NCBI GenBank assembly: GCA_964035545.1
Contig: OZ037767.1
Coordinates: 5,906,707-5,970,706, forward strand
Length of the DNA stretch: 64,000 nucleotides
Reading direction: 5' to 3'
Source of the DNA: Bugula neritina
Taxonomy: Eukaryota > Animalia > Bryozoa
Shown: positions 61,101-64,000 of the stretch, piece by piece
Layout: each line of letters begins with the position of its first letter
Position numbering within the stretch: position 1 is the stretch's first letter
Program-made: the position numbers and the translations under genes
The notes under the pieces: model-generated
What the model was told of the DNA's origin: nothing
What the model saw: only the letters and a program-made list of their open reading frames with translations
Database searches by the model: none

Positions 61101-62117
61101 TGTTAGTACTTCTAGTGTTAGTACTTCTAGTGTTAGTACTTCTGGTGTTAGTACTTCTGGTGTTAGTACTTTAAGTGTTAGTACTTTAAGTGTTAGTACT
61201 TCTAGTGTTAGTACTTCTGGTGTACTTTAAGCTCTTTCTGTTGTTGACTCACTCAGAGCTAATAGATTGAAGACTGTGTAATGACACATAGTAGGGTGAT
61301 GCTAAGCAGAGAGATAGGGGTATTACATGTATTACATTTATCTTCAAGTTCCCTGCTATTGTAGCCCTTATCTGTAACTAATAATGCCTCATGTAGTTAA
61401 TGCAGACATGTCAACTGCAGATGTGTGTTTGTAATATGACAAACACTGGTGGGCCACATCCCAAGGTGTTTCTCTTGTGAAGCCGTTTCTATGGTAACAG
61501 CATCAACTCTGTCAACAATGCATAATGCTTGAAATTTCTACTTGAGTACAGAGGTGCAGATTTTGTTTGGCTTGTGTTTTTAATGTTTTGCAAGAAGTTT
61601 GGACTGTGGTTGCTATATTTGGGAAGCAGATATCTGTTTATAGTACAAATACAATTGCAGCTAGAACTATTAAACAAATTTGCAGCTCCAGCTACTGATG
61701 CTTTGGAAACTTGGCTTCATGCATTTGCTTTTATTATAAAGTGCTGCTGTATTTGATTGGCGTGTTTCTATGTGTAAGTCAACACTGACTGCTGCATCTA
61801 CAAATTAACACATGTTCACTTTTAATGTAAGGATGTAAAGGTGAATCTAGTTTTGTATCTTGTATGTTTACTTGTGCTATTTAGTTTTAAATTTGGTAAC
61901 TATATATATATTACTGATGTTAGCTAAGGGTAAAGTTGAACATGAAGCTTTATATGAAACGTGTTTCACTTTTAGATTGGTGTTGACTGCAAAAAAACTA
62001 GCCAGAAAACTCGAATGCTACAAACTAACTTTAGAGTGTGAAAAAGACAAGATTCCGTTCTATGAGAAATTCGGATTTAGGAATAACGAGTGCTTTTACA
62101 TGGTTCAAAGATTTTAA
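58161..62117 (+). CDS. GNPNAT1: Glucosamine-6-phosphate N-acetyltransferase (GNAT family), 4 coding exons, 181 aa
   Basis: Exons 58161-58308, 59053-59115, 59933-60125, 61976-62117 (546 nt including TAA), all GT-AG. GNA1 motifs: [77 protein letters not shown]. Confidence 0.96.
60706..61226. repeat. 15-bp minisatellite (GTGTTAGTACTTCTA), about 35 copies, in GNPNAT1 intron
   Basis: Direct reading; source of the SVSTS ORF. Confidence 0.96.
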
Positions 62118-62342
62118 TGTCTTCCTCGAGGTTTTCCGTGGAGATAACAGATACAGCTGACTACAGAAATCTTAGCTAGTCAATTGGTTTCAACTCTCTA
62201 ATCATCTCACTACATGTAAATGACTTCGAACTTTAATCTATCCATTGATGTGCTTATCGATGGTACTTATTTGCAACATAATTTATTCTCCATTCTTACA
62301 AGGCCATGTATGCCTGTTGCACCCCCTCCTTCTACTATAACT

Positions 62343-62457
62343 CAACCCCCTCTTCTGTTACTCAAACCCCTCCTTCTTTTGCAATTCAAGCCTCTCCCTC
62401 TCTTGCAATTTAAGCCCCTCCCTTTCTTGCTACCCAAACCCCTCTTTCTATTGCAAC
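62343..62457. repeat. Degenerate 24-bp pyrimidine-rich repeat in the presumed GNPNAT1 3' UTR
   Basis: CAAGCCCCTCCCTCTCTTGCAATT-like unit, about 5 copies. Confidence 0.75.
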
Positions 62458-62741
62458 TTGTGCCCCACCATGTGCCAAATCGATGAACGCCAAAATCAAC
62501 TGTCCTATCAACTTTTCTTCCCAAATGTGAAAGATACTTATGCTGTTTTTTTTCATTAAACAAAGAACCCTTAGCAAGTCAGTGATCATGTCTTACACTG
62601 ACTTATCTAGTTTTTAGCAATTAAAGAAGAAATTTAGGTGAATATTTATAGTTTTTTCTGTGGTGTGATTGGCTCAAACTCTCAAGAGATTTCATCTCGT
62701 GGTTTTGTCCTGTAAGATGCTAGCAAGAACTGTTTATTTAA

Positions 62742-62909
62742 AATAAATGTATGAATTTAAGATTTACTTGTTGCTTGCTACTTACTTTGTCCTTCAATCT
62801 TACTTTTGTTTGCACTTTTAGTGTTGAAAGTTACTATTTATTTCTCCATGCATATTCTAGTCTTTTGTATTTCAATTTTGTTTGCATCTGGCTTATTCCT
62901 CATAATAAA
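62742..62909 (+). terminator. Candidate polyadenylation signals for GNPNAT1
   Basis: AATAAA at 62742 and 62904, each followed by T/GT-rich sequence. Weak evidence in AT-rich DNA. Confidence 0.3.
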
Positions 62910-64000
62910 CTTAAAGAAATGATTGCTCATTAATTAGGTCTTTTTATACTTTGTTATTTTTATGGACATTCCAATTTGTGGAGTTTTTCCTATTATCTAT
63001 CTGTATTATCAATGTAAATTTATAATGTGGCAGTTTTCTTTTCCAAATACAAACAATGTTATGTAACATCTAATTTCCTTATGATTTAATATTTCTTATC
63101 AGGACTGTTTGACTTTTCTACACTGACTAAACTCTAAGCTGTGCTGTTGACAAGTTGTGTAGTTACACCAGGGCTATCAAATTGACCAAATACATTACAC
63201 CACTTACCACTCTATAGTCCTATATACAAGTGCACGCGTCTAGCTTGCATACTATAAAAGGGCCTTTTGCCAAGTTGTCTCCCCTCTAAGCTATAGTTAT
63301 TCCATTTTCACCTGTGATCGCATTGTAGCTTGTAGTGTACTGACAACCCTGAATGTTGCTTGTACATGGGGGAGAGGGGGACACTTTAATTTGGAGATAT
63401 AGTCAAGAGTAGACTTGGTGTTTCTTGACTATGCATGTAATTGTGTGCCCATGCAAGCTAGCAGACAACATAATATCAAGTACAAGTGCAAATAATTGCA
63501 ATTTAATAACTATTTCTTCAAAACAATCATAAAAGTTGATGAATACTAGAAAATTTGTAGAAAGTAAATGTACTCATGGAGATTTGCTGTGTATACATGC
63601 TGGTTTATATGGTTTGGCAATGGTTGCGTAATGTGGTTTCCCCCCTATTACACTGATACCAGCATTATTTCTAAATAAGGATGCTGAATGAAAATACTAA
63701 TAATTACAATGCTAGTCTTTAGTTTGTATTTCCGATAGATATATCACATTGAAAAACATGGAGGATGTGTACAGTAGCAATATGTGCCGTCAAAAAGTTA
63801 GAAACTTCAAATTTTCAAAATACTTGTTGTTTATAACACAAGGTGAAGGATCAACATCAAATATACTGATTTCGGGATTGGCATTGCCCCTTGCTATAGT
63901 ATGATCATGTTTCATATCAAGCCTAATAAAACTGGGCTTCTATTTTTTATGTGATGATAGCCTAACATGTTATACAACATGCAAACAATAGAGGGTATGC

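Noticed and set aside
60871-61230. Ser/Thr-rich mucin-like ORF
   Set aside because: 15-bp satellite inside a GNPNAT1 intron; GNA1 is complete without it.
370-62117. U12-type introns, intronic snoRNAs or a nested gene
   Set aside because: No [GA]TATCCTT donors at the mapped junctions and no well-spaced C/D box pair with a terminal stem seen by eye. Plus-strand ORFs over usherin exons are antisense shadows. A cmscan run would be needed to exclude snoRNAs.
62220-62563. Pro/Leu-rich and Arg/Gly-rich small ORFs
   Set aside because: Derived from a 24-bp repeat downstream of the GNPNAT1 stop; no recognisable domain.

Overview
AT-rich, intron-dense animal genomic DNA, probably from an invertebrate (the taxon cannot be fixed from sequence alone). 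About 56 kb is one minus-strand gene for an usherin (USH2A) orthologue. I traced 85 coding exons by hand from ATG 56041 to 370. They sum to 15,159 nt (5,053 codons, frame-consistent) and give: signal peptide, LamG-like domain, laminin N-terminal domain, 10 laminin-EGF repeats, FN3 repeats, 2 LamG domains, a long FN3 array interrupted by a di-cysteine-rich segment, and a transmembrane helix. The cytoplasmic tail lies off the left edge or was not found. Head-to-head with it, about 2.1 kb from ATG to ATG, is a complete plus-strand glucosamine-6-phosphate N-acetyltransferase gene (GNPNAT1/GNA1; 4 coding exons, 181 aa). Introns carry tRNA-derived SINEs (one with a perfect 18-bp target-site duplication), a palindromic MITE family and many mini/microsatellites. 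I found no convincing wholly new biological system. The items most worth checking are a perfect 22-bp hairpin inside an LTR-like segment, a triplicated splice acceptor, two probable GC-AG introns, a 34-bp minisatellite rich in T-box motifs, and intronic RFX X-box matches. Exon coordinates were counted manually and may be off by a base or two.
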